Source: Sedimentisphaerales bacterium
Lineage (GTDB): Bacteria; Planctomycetota; Phycisphaerae; Sedimentisphaerales; Anaerobacaceae
NCBI GenBank assembly: GCA_963708075.1
Contig: OY970194.1
Coordinates: forward strand, 2,368,001-2,432,000
Length of the DNA stretch: 64,000 bases
Direction: 5' to 3'
Shown: positions 19,486-32,683 of the stretch, in pieces
Layout: every line of letters begins with the position of its first letter
Numbering within the stretch: position 1 is the stretch's first letter
The notes under the pieces: model-generated
Databases searched by the model: none
What the model saw: the letters and a program-made list of their open reading frames with translations, nothing else
Told to the model about the DNA's origin: nothing
Made by a program: the position numbers and the translations under genes

Positions 19486-20811
19486 ATGGCGAATGGAAAA
19501 GAGCGGACACTGCCACTCGACAGTTTTCTCTTCCCCCGGATCTTTCAAGCCTTTCGCATATCCATCCAGCCCACGAAACTGATCATCGCGTTGTGTGCCC
19601 TGGCCATCATCTGTTTGACCGGCTGGATTATGGACCTCGCCAGCCGGAGCGTCGTCGTCGTCAACCCGGCCGGCGCCACGGAACTCAACCTGTATGCCGC
19701 CAGAGTTCTGGACCCGGATGCGCGTAGCGTGCCATTCATGGACACAGGGAGAAGAACCGGCGTCTTTGCAACGCTCTGGACTTTCGGGGCCGAGCGCATG
19801 CATGCCGCCGTACGCTCGCTCTTCCAGCTTGACATCGATGACGTCATAATGAATATCGTAGCCTGTTTTGTTGCGCTGGTCTGGGCCTTCAGATATCATA
19901 TCGTGTACAGTCTCATCTTCTTTGCAGTCGTGCTGGCGGTACTGTCGGTAGCGGGCGGCGCGATTTGCCGGATCGCGGCGTTACAGTTCGCCGGCGCAGA
20001 GAAGCCGGGCCTGCGCCAAGCCGTACGCTTCGGCTTGCGAAAATTCACCGCTTTCTTTTGTGCGCCGCTCACTCCCATGATCATCATCCTCGTCATCGGT
20101 GCAATCATCATCCTCCTGGGCGCGTGGGGCAATATCCCGTACGTGGGCGAGCTTACCGTGGGCCTGCTTCTGCCGCTGGCCTTTGCCGTCGCGATCATTA
20201 TCACGATCATTGCCATCGGAATTGTCGGCGGATTCAGCCTCATGTTTCCGACGATCGCCTATGAGGATTCCGACTGCTTCGATTCCATCAGCCGCTCTTT
20301 CAGCTATGTCTATAACAAGCCCTGGCGGATGGGCCTCTACGCGGTTATTGCTTTTGTCTATGGGGCGATCTGCTACCTGTTCGTCCGGTTCTTCTCATTC
20401 CTCGTCCTGTGGACCACCCACGCGTTCCTGCAGCTCGGTTTTGCCTACCAGAACAAAAAGCTCCACGCCATCTGGCCCGAGCCCGTGTTCACCGACTTTT
20501 TCGGCGCGGGTGTTGCCGCCCCGCCCAACTGGTCGACGTCCATTAGTTCCGCTCTGATTTACTTCTGGGTGCTTGTCGTTATTGGATTGGTGGTATCATC
20601 CGTGATCAGTTTCTACTTCTCAGCAAGTACAATCATCTACGCCCTGATGCGAAATCGCGTGGACTTCATTCCTCTTGAGGAGGTCTATGTCTATTCGCCG
20701 CAGGAGTCTGCCGAAGCGCCTCCCGCTGAGGCAAAGACCGAAGAAGCCCCCTCTGGCGCCGAGCCGCAAGCTCCCGAGGAGCCCGACAAGAAACAGGAGA
20801 CGTCCGAATAA
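19486..20811 (+). CDS. Multi-pass membrane protein of unknown function
   Basis: Long ORF with many hydrophobic helices and an acidic, Pro-rich tail. Confidence 0.8.
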   Translation: MANGKERTLPLDSFLFPRIFQAFRISIQPTKLIIALCALAIICLTGWIMDLASRSVVVVNPAGATELNLYAARVLDPDARSVPFMDTGRRTGVFATLWTFGAERMHAAVRSLFQLDIDDVIMNIVACFVALVWAFRYHIVYSLIFFAVVLAVLSVAGGAICRIAALQFAGAEKPGLRQAVRFGLRKFTAFFCAPLTPMIIILVIGAIIILLGAWGNIPYVGELTVGLLLPLAFAVAIIITIIAIGIVGGFSLMFPTIAYEDSDCFDSISRSFSYVYNKPWRMGLYAVIAFVYGAICYLFVRFFSFLVLWTTHAFLQLGFAYQNKKLHAIWPEPVFTDFFGAGVAAPPNWSTSISSALIYFWVLVVIGLVVSSVISFYFSASTIIYALMRNRVDFIPLEEVYVYSPQESAEAPPAEAKTEEAPSGAEPQAPEEPDKKQETSE

Positions 20812-20984
20812 TTACCCGACCCGGCATATTGCGGCACACCAGCGAGATCGAGCTGACGGCTCTGAAGACTCAACCGGGTCCCGACATATGCCGATGATAT
20901 GCGTGGCTGCTTGACGGCCGCTGAGCCTTTTCCATATTTGAGTGTTTTGTTGCATGATGGACGGTGAAGGAGTGCCGCCGGGGT

Positions 20985-22934
20985 ATGCCTGAGTCAGACA
21001 AAGAAGTACAGCACCATGACAGTGAGCGGCCCGGGCTGCGTGATTCGGCAACACCTCCAAGTCCTCTGCTGACCCTCCGCAAGCCGCTGGTAATCCTCGC
21101 CCATATTGCCGCCTTCGCAGCCTCCCTGGCCTTCTCGTTCCTCGTGGCCAACAACATGCAATTCAAGCAGGAGTGGCTCGTTCAGCAGTATCCGTTCCTG
21201 CTGCTTTTCTTCCTGGCGATCAAGCTGCCGGTCTTTGGGTTCTTCAAGCAGTACCGAGGCTGGTGGCGATACGTCAGTATCTCCGACCTGCTCGGGATTC
21301 TCCGAGCCGCCCTCGTCAGCACGCTGATCATCGTGGCGATCTGGTTCGTCGTAATGCTGCGCATCCCGGCGCTTCGGCACGCATTGCCCACGGGCATTGC
21401 GGACGTCAGCCAGGGCGTCTTCATGGCCGACCTGTTCGGCACCATCCTCCTTCCCGCCGGCCTGCGGATGATCATTCGTCTCTACCACGAGGAGTTCCGC
21501 ACCGTGGAGGGCCGCCGGCTCAAGCGGTTCCTGATCGTCGGGGCCGGCAATGCCGGCGAGGCGCTGCTCAGGGAAATTCACCGAATGCCCGTCATCGACT
21601 ATGACGTCGTCGGCTTTATCGATGATGAGCCCCTCAAGCAGGGCATTAACATTCACGGCATACCGGTCCTCGGCACCGTGGACGAGCTGCCCACGATCTG
21701 CAAGGAACGCAACATCGAAGAGATCGCCATCGCCATGCCTTCCGCCAGCCGGCAGCAGCTTCGCCACGTGATTCAGGTCTGTGAGGGAACCAAGATCCGG
21801 TTCCGCACGGTCCCATCCATCACGGACATCGCCTCCGGCAAGCTCCGTGTCTCACAGATTCGCGACGTCGATATCAACGACCTGCTGGGACGCGAGGTCG
21901 TGCAGCTCGACCTGGACCTCATCGAGGCATTCGCCCGGGGCAAGACGATCCTGGTCACCGGGGCCGGCGGCTCCATCGGCTCAGAGATGTGCCGGCAGAT
22001 ATGCCAGTTCGGCCCCCAATCGCTGCTGCTCGTGGAACAGGCGGAGAACCCCCTGTTCTACGTGGAGCGCGACCTGCGAAGACAACTCCCGGATATCGCC
22101 TTGCGGCCGATCATCTGCGACATCACGGACCGTTCCCGTGTGGACGAGATATTCCACCGCCACCAGCCGCAGATCGTCATCCATGCCGCCGCACACAAGC
22201 ACGTCCCTCTCATGGAGCTCAATCCCGGCGAAGCCATCAAGAACAACGTGCTCGGCACCCAGGTCGTGGCGGACGCCGCACACAACTTCGGCGCCACCCA
22301 CTTCGTCATGATCAGCACCGACAAGGCGGTCAACCCCACCAGCATCATGGGCTCCTCCAAACGCATCGCCGAGATGTATATCCAGGACCTCAGCAGGACG
22401 AGCAAGACCCAGTTCATCACCGTTCGCTTCGGCAACGTGCTTGCCTCCGAGGGTTCGGTCGTGCCCATCTTCAAGAGGCAGATCGCCGAGGGCGGCCCCG
22501 TTACCGTCACCCACCCGGACATGAAGCGCTACTTCATGACGATCCCCGAGGCCAGCCAGCTCGTGCTCCAGGCCGCCACGATGGGCAAAGGCGGCGAGAT
22601 CTTCGTGCTCGATATGGGCGATCCCGTGAAGATCGTGGACCTGGCCAAGGAACTGATCACCCTCAGCGGCTTTCGTCCCGGCGAGGACATCGAGATCGTC
22701 TTCACCGGCCCCCGCCCCGGCGAAAAACTCTTCGAGGAGCTGCGCATCGAGGGCGAAGGCATGCAGCGTACGCGTCATCCGAAGATCGGCATCTGGAAGA
22801 ACATCCCGATGGATCGCGACAAGCTTCGCACGGGTATCGCCGAGCTACTCACCATCGCCTCCCAGGGCAACGTAGATACCGTGGCGAGCAAGATCAAAGG
22901 ACTCGTCCCCGAGTACACACCCAACGCCGTCTGA
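20985..22934 (+). CDS. Polysaccharide biosynthesis nucleoside-diphosphate sugar 4,6-dehydratase (CapD/PglF family)
   Basis: N-terminal TM helices, GAGNAG, TGAGGSIGSE, HAAAHKHVP, STDKAVNP, VRFGNVL, RPGEKL. Confidence 0.93.
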   Translation: MPESDKEVQHHDSERPGLRDSATPPSPLLTLRKPLVILAHIAAFAASLAFSFLVANNMQFKQEWLVQQYPFLLLFFLAIKLPVFGFFKQYRGWWRYVSISDLLGILRAALVSTLIIVAIWFVVMLRIPALRHALPTGIADVSQGVFMADLFGTILLPAGLRMIIRLYHEEFRTVEGRRLKRFLIVGAGNAGEALLREIHRMPVIDYDVVGFIDDEPLKQGINIHGIPVLGTVDELPTICKERNIEEIAIAMPSASRQQLRHVIQVCEGTKIRFRTVPSITDIASGKLRVSQIRDVDINDLLGREVVQLDLDLIEAFARGKTILVTGAGGSIGSEMCRQICQFGPQSLLLVEQAENPLFYVERDLRRQLPDIALRPIICDITDRSRVDEIFHRHQPQIVIHAAAHKHVPLMELNPGEAIKNNVLGTQVVADAAHNFGATHFVMISTDKAVNPTSIMGSSKRIAEMYIQDLSRTSKTQFITVRFGNVLASEGSVVPIFKRQIAEGGPVTVTHPDMKRYFMTIPEASQLVLQAATMGKGGEIFVLDMGDPVKIVDLAKELITLSGFRPGEDIEIVFTGPRPGEKLFEELRIEGEGMQRTRHPKIGIWKNIPMDRDKLRTGIAELLTIASQGNVDTVASKIKGLVPEYTPNAV

Positions 22935-22985
22935 CCCGGATCGGCGCCCCTTTGCAGCATCGGCCATAGGTTGACCTGCGCATAA

Positions 22986-23014
22986 GAAAAGGGCCGGTTG
23001 CTGGCCGGCCCTTT
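22986..23014. terminator. Probable bidirectional intrinsic terminator between convergent genes
   Basis: aaagggccgg-N7-ccggcccttt. Confidence 0.75.
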
Positions 23015-23056
23015 GGTTCGCTGATCGTATTCAGTACGACTTGTGCTTACGGCATC

Positions 23057-24106
23057 CTACACATGTCCGTTGCCGTTTCCGTTGCCATCCGATTCGTACA
23101 CCTGCTCCTCCATGTGCTCTCGCGGATGGGCGTTGTCATAGACTTCCTTGAGCTTGCGGGTCGTCAGGTGCGTGTAGACCTGCGTCGTCGAGAGCGACTG
23201 GTGCCCCAGCAGCTCCTGCACGCTTCGCAGATCGGCGCCGTTGTTGAGCATGTGGGTGGCGAAGCTGTGTCGCAGGGTATGCGGGCTGATCGCGGGATCG
23301 AGCCCCGCCATCTTCAGATACTTGTCCATCTTCCGGCGGACGCTCCGCGTGCTCAGACGTTGCCCATGCTTGTTCACAAACAGGACTCTCGAATCGAAGT
23401 TGCCGTTGCTCTGGGCTCGCTTATTTCGGAACTCCATGTAATGCTGGATCGCCTGCAGGGCGGAAGAGCTGATCGGCGTGATCCTTTCCTTCTTACCCTT
23501 GCCACGGATGTGGACCACTTCGCCGAGGAAGTCGATGTCGTCCATGTTCAGACCCACCAGCTCGCTGACGCGGATGCCGGTGCTGTAGAGCGTCTCAAGG
23601 ATCGCTCTGTCCCGGGCGCCCAGCCAGCTCTCCACAGGCGGGGTCTCCAGAAGGCGTTTGACCTCCTCGTACTCGAGGAACCGCGGCAGCTTCTTTTCTT
23701 GTTTCGGGGTCCGCACCGCAGCGAGGGGGTTCGCCGCACAGCGACCCGTCTTCACGAGGAACTTGTAGAAGCTGCGCAGCGTCGCGAGCTTCCGAGCGAT
23801 CGTAGCCTTCGAGTACGCCCTCTCGTTGAGGTGCGTCAGGTACGACCGGGCCTCGTTCACGTCCACCGCCAGCAGGAGCTGATCGACCTTGTGCTCCGTC
23901 TGGGTCGCGACGGCCGTTGCCGTGCCGCCCTGCTCATGGTCCAGCGGCAGTCCATCCACCGCCGTGCCATCGCCTTCGGATGCGTTCAGGAGGAACTCCC
24001 CGAACTGAGCCAGGTCGGCCCCGTAACACTTGGCCGTGTGCTCCGAGAACCTCTTCTCGTACTTCAGGTAATTCAGAAACAGTTCTACGATTGCGCTGCC
24101 TTCCAT
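23057..24106 (-). CDS. xerC: Tyrosine recombinase XerC
   Basis: RDRAILETLYSTGIRVSEL, GKGKKER, HTLRHSFATH, LLGHQSLSTTQVYTH. Confidence 0.88.
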   Translation of the reverse strand: MEGSAIVELFLNYLKYEKRFSEHTAKCYGADLAQFGEFLLNASEGDGTAVDGLPLDHEQGGTATAVATQTEHKVDQLLLAVDVNEARSYLTHLNERAYSKATIARKLATLRSFYKFLVKTGRCAANPLAAVRTPKQEKKLPRFLEYEEVKRLLETPPVESWLGARDRAILETLYSTGIRVSELVGLNMDDIDFLGEVVHIRGKGKKERITPISSSALQAIQHYMEFRNKRAQSNGNFDSRVLFVNKHGQRLSTRSVRRKMDKYLKMAGLDPAISPHTLRHSFATHMLNNGADLRSVQELLGHQSLSTTQVYTHLTTRKLKEVYDNAHPREHMEEQVYESDGNGNGNGHV

Positions 24107-24210
24107 AGTCCACCTGCCCACTTCAACCATCGGCATACACTGCCATCTATTTCGTGCCTACGCCATCGCCTTGTGCCGGCGCCCTCACCCACCCGGAGGG
24201 ACCCTCGCCG

Positions 24211-24447
24211 TTAAGGCGTCATCTTCAAATTGCCGTCGTTCCGCAACAACTCTTCGGCATTCCCGATGAGGGTCTGCGTCAGCTTGAAGCTCAGCACCGC
24301 CGCATCGAACCAGTCGAAGTCTGTGCGTTTGTCTTTGGCCTGTTCCACCAGCGCATCGAGCAGTTGATCCTCGTGACCTGGCTCATAGCGGAAGATGAAT
24401 TTCTCCGCCCCCTTGTTGAGAACCAGTTGTCGTTTTGGCCTGTGCAT
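24211..24447 (-). CDS. Hypothetical protein (78 aa)
   Basis: ATG ORF with AAGGGA upstream, host-like codons, co-oriented with xerC. Confidence 0.65.
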   Translation of the reverse strand: MHRPKRQLVLNKGAEKFIFRYEPGHEDQLLDALVEQAKDKRTDFDWFDAAVLSFKLTQTLIGNAEELLRNDGNLKMTP

Positions 24448-24654
24448 GCTCGTCCCTTACCGCGTGGCGTCCGGCAGTCACCTGTTTTTATACGCCGCCG
24501 AAAATGCGGGACTGCTCAAACGTCACATCGCTTTTATCGGCCAATGGAGCGTCCGCCTTTACAAAAACTGGAGCCGAATAGTGCGTATTCCGCGCGCAGT
24601 GCCCCCCGGGTGACTGGGCTCCGTGCGTGTACAAGGATGTGTCTGGAGGGCGAA

Positions 24655-25611
24655 TCAGGAAGGTTTGGAGTGGCCTCGGAAGTACACCGTGTCCCCCCGC
24701 GGCTCGGCGATGACCAGCCCCTGGCTGCGCAGATCTCTTAGCTGTCTCATCGCCTCCTCGGCGGTGATTCCCAGTCCTGTAGAGAGGTCCCGGACCGAGC
24801 ACGGCCTGCGTTTCAGCATTGATAGCACGTCCGCCGTGACTTCCGCCGCCTGCCGGTCGCAGCTACCTGCCGGGACATCGGCGATCACCTCGCAGTCGCC
24901 ACCCATCTCGCGGGCGATGGCGGCAAGTGTCTCATAAGAAGCCGGCTCGACGCTCTTCTCCGCCGGAGGCCGAACCGCTGTATTCAGTTGCACTTTGTCC
25001 GGGCGAATCTTCCCGACCAGCTCTTTCATTTCTGCAATCTGTTCGGGACTCGTGTTCACGCCGGGCACGATGAATACCTCCAGCCAGATCCGCCCGCTGA
25101 ACTCATCCCGGAACGTAGACAGGCCGGAAACCAGCTTTTCAATGCTGATATCGCGGGCCGGACGCGTCACCGCCTCGAATGCCGCCTCGTCCCCCGCATC
25201 CAGCGAGGGGATGACAACGTCGGCTTTGGCGCACTCGGCACGGACATCCTCCCGGTAGAACAGGGTCCCGTTGGTCAGGACGGCGACGGGAATATCCGTC
25301 ACTTTGTGAAGGCCATCGATCAGGTCGCCCAACCGGGAATTGAGCGTCGGTTCGCCCGAGCCCCCGATCGTGATGTAATCGGTTCGCACCCCCTCGGCCA
25401 GCCTGCTTTTCACCTCCGCAATGACGGCGTCAATATCCACGAAATCCCGACGAACCGTGCTCTTCTCCGTCGTCCTGCCTAACTGGCAAAAGATGCAGTC
25501 CAGCGTGCAGACCTTCATAGGGACAATATCGATTCCCAGACTCAGACCCAACCGCCGGGAAGGAACGGGGCCATAGATGTAGCGATGTCGTTTACTCTCT
25601 TTGTTGTTCAT
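24655..25611 (-). CDS. Radical SAM protein with C-terminal HTH-like segment
   Basis: YGPVPSRRLG, CTLDCIFC (CxxxCxxC), GSGEPTL, LTNG, SLDA. Confidence 0.9.
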   Translation of the reverse strand: MNNKESKRHRYIYGPVPSRRLGLSLGIDIVPMKVCTLDCIFCQLGRTTEKSTVRRDFVDIDAVIAEVKSRLAEGVRTDYITIGGSGEPTLNSRLGDLIDGLHKVTDIPVAVLTNGTLFYREDVRAECAKADVVIPSLDAGDEAAFEAVTRPARDISIEKLVSGLSTFRDEFSGRIWLEVFIVPGVNTSPEQIAEMKELVGKIRPDKVQLNTAVRPPAEKSVEPASYETLAAIAREMGGDCEVIADVPAGSCDRQAAEVTADVLSMLKRRPCSVRDLSTGLGITAEEAMRQLRDLRSQGLVIAEPRGDTVYFRGHSKPS

Positions 25612-26417
25612 GCACAATCTCAGAAATCTTACGGCAAGTCCTCACGACACTCTCCAGCCAGTCCAGCGGCAGCATCGACGCGGCGTCGGACTTGGCCTTC
25701 TCAGGCTCCGGGTGCACTTCGAGGAACAGCCCGTTCGCTCCCGCCGCGACGGCCGCTCTCGCCAGCACGGGCGCCAACTCGCCGGCCCCCGCTGGCCGTG
25801 CCCAAGCCACCCGGCTGTTGCGTGCTGTGCGTGGCGTCGAACACCACGGGACAGCCGAACCGCTTCATCGCCTCGATACTCGTCATGTCGTTCACCAGGC
25901 GATTGTATCCGAAGAACGTCCCCCGCTCCGTCAGCACGACCTTGTCATTGCCGCACGCCCGCATCTTCTCGACGACGTTGCCCATCTCTTCCGGCGAGAT
26001 GAACTGGCCCTTCTTGATGCTCACCGGCTTGCCGGTCTCGGCACAGGCACAGAGCAGATCCGTCTGCCGGCACAGGAATGCGGGCACCTGCAGGCAATCG
26101 ACCGTCTTGGCAACGTCGGCTGCCTGGGCCGGCTCGTGCACGTCCGTCATGACAGGCAGGCCCGTCTCAGCCCGGACCTTTGCCAAAACCTTCATGCCCT
26201 TGACCAGTCCCGGACCCCGGAAGCTGGTGATGCTACTGCGGTTGGCTTTGTCGAAGCTGGCTTTGAAGATGATGCCGACGCCCGTGCGCCCGGCGATCTG
26301 CACCAGCCGCTCGGCGATCTGTAGACAGAGGTCCTCGCTCTCGATCACACACGGCCCCGCCATGAGGAACAACGGCGCATCCAACCCGATGTCAATGTTG
26401 CCAATCTTGAACGCCAT
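25592..26417 (-). pseudogene. kdsA: KDO-8-phosphate synthase, frameshifted near 25780 (probably a sequencing error)
   Basis: AGPCVIES, KASFDKANRSS, PAFLCRQTD, KKGQF, ERG, DATHS in one frame; ELAPVLARAAVAAG...EVHPEP...SD in another. Confidence 0.9.
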
Positions 26418-26440
26418 CCTTATTGCCATCCCATCTGGAA

Positions 26441-26998
26441 TCACAAATAGATTTCCCGCCGTCCTTGCCCCTGTCGTGACAACCCTCGCTCGATCAAGCA
26501 AGCGTAGCTGTCGGCGGTGTGCGGCACGTCGGACAATCCAATCATGGACTGCACCTGTCCAATCGTGCCGGAGTCCGGCCCTTCGATCTCCACGAATGCT
26601 CCTATCAGCGGCAACTCATCCAGGGCGACTTCACACCCACGCAGACTCCACAAGCGACGTCTCTTATTGAACGCCAGAGCCTTCTGGTAACCAAGCCCGC
26701 CGAGCAGCGATTCCGTCGTCGCCGCGTCCTTCACTTCAAGCTCGGCCTCCTGCCGCTTCTTGAAGTCATCCTTTTCCTTGGGGCCCTTGTAGGCAAGGAT
26801 GAGCCGCTCTCGCAACGCCGTCTTCTCAATCCGCAGCCGCAGGCATTTATCCGCCCTCGTCAACTCGCGGTCGGCCGTGTCAAAGTACCAATCCGTCTGA
26901 ACAACCTCGCGCAGGAAGGACGCTCCGCACTCTGCGAGCCTGCGCTCAACCTCGTGCAGCGAATCCACCTTCAGCTTGGCCTCGATCTCCACGTGCAT
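26441..26998 (-). CDS. CYTH-domain protein (class IV adenylate cyclase, CyaB-like)
   Basis: EIEAK, QTDWYFD, LRLR, YKGP, KRR, FVEIEG, SY. Confidence 0.88.
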   Translation of the reverse strand: MHVEIEAKLKVDSLHEVERRLAECGASFLREVVQTDWYFDTADRELTRADKCLRLRIEKTALRERLILAYKGPKEKDDFKKRQEAELEVKDAATTESLLGGLGYQKALAFNKRRRLWSLRGCEVALDELPLIGAFVEIEGPDSGTIGQVQSMIGLSDVPHTADSYACLIERGLSRQGQGRREIYL

Positions 26999-27014
26999 AG
27001 ATACCTATCGACGC

Positions 27015-29570
<2,556 letters not shown>

Positions 29571-29825
29571 GTACGTCAGTAGCCTCATAAACAGTTTGCA
29601 TCAGGACTGGGCATGCGGATGCATACTATAGTATTCTCCCGTGCCCGTGTAAATGTGCTAACGAGGGAGATAAATGTGATTTCGTGGCAGGAAACGACAA
29701 TTCCGCGGGCGCAGACCGGCAGTCTGGCGTGTTCTGCCCGCGACGTACGCAGATCATGGCTTCGGACGGACTCGGTGATCAGTCCTGATAAGCGGCTTCT
29801 TTACCTGGTTTGAACGATGAAGGTC

Positions 29826-30893
29826 TCAATTCAGCCAAGCTGAGAACAAGCTTCCAAAGCCGTCCGTCAAACCGGCGACAGAGACATTCGCCATGATCGT
29901 GAACGGTATGTCGCTCAGGTCGTTGACGGACAGCCTCGTGCTGCTGGAGACCCGGATCAGGCACAGGTCGGACTCGACCAGAGGAACCACCCACCTGTAC
30001 TGGCCGGTGTTGCCGATGTTCGGCGGGTACACGGGCGACCACATTCCACCCGCGTCGATCGAGAATTCCACGAGCACGTCTTCCGCAATACCCGTACTCG
30101 TCCATTTGATCGCCATGATGTCGCCTGCATCGACGGTGACGGCGGTGTTCGGCACCGTCAGAGTAATGGATGCCTCGGCGGGTGTGATGACCGGGCGCAA
30201 CTTGCTGAAGCTCTGCGAGCCCCAGCGGTTCGGTGAGCCGAAGGTACTGAAATCATCGCCGTCGTCATAGTCAGTCGAGTTCGCCAGGACCGTGGCGCTC
30301 GGGTTATCCTCCAGACGGCAAACCTCGGTGCTGCTGATTCCAGTGGCGGGACTGACGCCCTCCCCTGCGGGTCCAAAGATGGTCGCACCACTCGCGTTTC
30401 GTATCTTCAACTGCCAGTTCGTGGCGCTGACGGGAAAGGATGACTTCTTGATGTACTTGCCGTCGCCGTTGTTGTTGGCCTGCACATTGATCCACCAGTC
30501 CCCGGCGGCAGGATTATAGCTGACGTCGCTGGGCACGTCCTCGGCCACCGTGATGATCGTGCCGGCCCGCAGATCACTCCATATCGCGTCCTGCGTCAGG
30601 GTAAGCGTCTCGTCGAGAACCCCGTCCTCGTATACGTCGAGCTGCCAGCCCTTCATATTCAGATGGTCCTTGATGACGACCAGCTCGAACCAATCGCCGC
30701 CGTTACCCATGACGCGACCAAAGTACGTGTCGAAGGCCCGGCCGCCCGCTTCGTCCATCGCGGCATCGCCGCCGCCAAGGAAGTCGTTGCTATCGACGGC
30801 GTTATACTCGTTCAAGATAATGTCCGCCGCCCAGACGCCCTGGGCCATGAATGATAGCACCGCAACCAACAATAATGTCCGTGTCGTGCTCAT
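29826..30893 (-). CDS. Secreted lamin-tail-like domain protein with a C-terminal Ig-like domain
   Basis: Signal peptide ending VWA; ILNEYN, DWFEL, GWQL, STFGSPN; then IKWTSTG...EFSIDAG...YRWVVP. Confidence 0.75.
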   Translation of the reverse strand: MSTTRTLLLVAVLSFMAQGVWAADIILNEYNAVDSNDFLGGGDAAMDEAGGRAFDTYFGRVMGNGGDWFELVVIKDHLNMKGWQLDVYEDGVLDETLTLTQDAIWSDLRAGTIITVAEDVPSDVSYNPAAGDWWINVQANNNGDGKYIKKSSFPVSATNWQLKIRNASGATIFGPAGEGVSPATGISSTEVCRLEDNPSATVLANSTDYDDGDDFSTFGSPNRWGSQSFSKLRPVITPAEASITLTVPNTAVTVDAGDIMAIKWTSTGIAEDVLVEFSIDAGGMWSPVYPPNIGNTGQYRWVVPLVESDLCLIRVSSSTRLSVNDLSDIPFTIMANVSVAGLTDGFGSLFSAWLN

Positions 30894-30997
30894 GATTCCA
30901 CCCTTTCTCTCACTCAGAGGCAATAGAAAAACCCTTGACTCCGTTCAAGATAGCCCCCATCTCTGCACAGGCCATCGATCTCTACTATACCATGGGA

Positions 30998-32629
30998 TCA
31001 TTCCCGTGTCAATGATGGGTCCGCATTCGATGCGGTTCTTGCCACGGGCGTTGTGGAGGGTCCGATCTCCCACATGCCGTCCGGCCGGACCTGGAGCACT
31101 TCCGTATCACGATAGAAGTTCAGGGTCGCTGTGGCGTAATCAACGAGCGCATCGGCGGCCTCGTTGCAGGAATTGTACAAATGTTGCTCGGCATCGAGGA
31201 CGCGCCGGCTGCTCACCCGCGAGTACTCCAGGAGCACGGATGTCTTTCGGATGCGCTCGCGAGCCAGCTCGAGCCCTTCCGACAAAACCTCATATCTCTC
31301 CGCCGCTTCCATCAGCTTGCGATGAGCCTCGCGGACTTCCAGGCGAACGGTATCTGCCGACAGATCATATTCGCGCTGCCGCTGGTTCAGCAGGACCAAC
31401 GCCTTGCGATACACGCCCTGCTCGGGCACCCGGTCCAACGGCAAATCGAGGACCGGCCCCACCGCAATGTCTTTTTCGCCTCTGGCGTCAACATCGACGG
31501 TGCCCACAACCGTAAGCCCCGCGCCCAAGGCATCCTTGGCCACGTACACGGCACGTTGCGCATCGAGCACCATATCAGCGCTGTTGACCACGTCCAGGCG
31601 CCGACACAGGGCTGCTTCAATCGCCTCATCAAGGACGAAATCCGGGCGCGGCAGACCGTGGGCCTGAAGCGCATCAAGCACGCCCATGTCCAACCCGAAC
31701 TCCGAGGTCGGCGGCACACCAAGGGTGATCTTGTACAAGTCCAGAGATCGCTCGTACTCCTTGTCCGCCAGAATGTAGGTATCGCGAGCGCGAAGGATTT
31801 CCTGACGGACCCGGTCCAATTCTTCCGCCGGCAACCTCCCGGCTCCGACGAGACGCTCCACCTGGTCACGCAGTTTCTCGAGCGACTTGCGGTAGTCCTC
31901 CGTGTTCCGCGCGACCTCATACAACTCCAGGACCTCATAGTACTGCGTGATCACCGAGACCACGAACGTCTTGCGGAATCGATTGAAAGTCCTGATCTGG
32001 TACAGCGTGTTGCGTTCGGCCTGCGTCAGGGGCTCCAGCACCACTTTCGGATCGCTGCCGCGAAGCAGCGGCACCGTGACCGCCGCCCCCAGGATAGAAG
32101 AAAGGCCGCTCTCACGGAAGCCGAGAAGCGCATCTACCCACCGGGCTCCGACGCGAGTGCTGACCAGGGCGCCATTGGCGAGCAGACGGTTGAAGCCGAC
32201 GTTCCCCTCGACCGTCACGGTCTCATCCGTTCCATCGTTCGAGTAGATCGCGCTGCCGCCTCCGAACAATTGCCACTCGTATCCGTGGCGCACCAGACGC
32301 TGGTCGAGAGCCGTCGTATAGAGAAGCTCCTTCTGAAGCTGGTAGTCACGATTACGGGCAGTCGCGACGGCCACCGCCTCCTGCAGCGTCAGGACGCCCG
32401 ATACAGGAATGCTTCGATCCGCCTGAAGGTCATGGGGTGACGGTTCGACGTCGCTGATTCTGTAGTTTGCCTTTGTGCCGAGCTCCGGGGCCCACTTCCT
32501 GTCGATGATATCGTAGACCCTCTTGTCGGCATCCTGCTTGTAGTTCTTCGGACCACAGCCTGCCAGGATGGTCAAGGCGCCGAGACATACCAGACACAGC
32601 CATCTACGGTAATGTGATGTGTCCATCAT
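30998..32629 (-). CDS. TolC/outer-membrane efflux family lipoprotein
   Basis: Lipobox LAGC; LTLQEAV, VPLLRG, VITQYYEVL, LDLPLDR, RRVLDAEQ helical OEP repeats. Confidence 0.85.
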   Translation of the reverse strand: MMDTSHYRRWLCLVCLGALTILAGCGPKNYKQDADKRVYDIIDRKWAPELGTKANYRISDVEPSPHDLQADRSIPVSGVLTLQEAVAVATARNRDYQLQKELLYTTALDQRLVRHGYEWQLFGGGSAIYSNDGTDETVTVEGNVGFNRLLANGALVSTRVGARWVDALLGFRESGLSSILGAAVTVPLLRGSDPKVVLEPLTQAERNTLYQIRTFNRFRKTFVVSVITQYYEVLELYEVARNTEDYRKSLEKLRDQVERLVGAGRLPAEELDRVRQEILRARDTYILADKEYERSLDLYKITLGVPPTSEFGLDMGVLDALQAHGLPRPDFVLDEAIEAALCRRLDVVNSADMVLDAQRAVYVAKDALGAGLTVVGTVDVDARGEKDIAVGPVLDLPLDRVPEQGVYRKALVLLNQRQREYDLSADTVRLEVREAHRKLMEAAERYEVLSEGLELARERIRKTSVLLEYSRVSSRRVLDAEQHLYNSCNEAADALVDYATATLNFYRDTEVLQVRPDGMWEIGPSTTPVARTASNADPSLTRE

Positions 32630-32683
32630 TCTCAGGTGCCTCGGCGTTCAACACGCAAGCAAAGATGCGGCGAAAGCTCGCCG

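Noticed and set aside
23057..24106. Tyrosine recombinase as a prophage or island integrase
   Set aside because: Motifs fit housekeeping XerC; no att repeats, tRNA or mobile cargo nearby
26441..26998. CYTH protein as part of the polyP cluster (same TTM superfamily as VTC)
   Set aside because: Separated from it by leuS and embedded in the leuS-CYTH-kdsA housekeeping run
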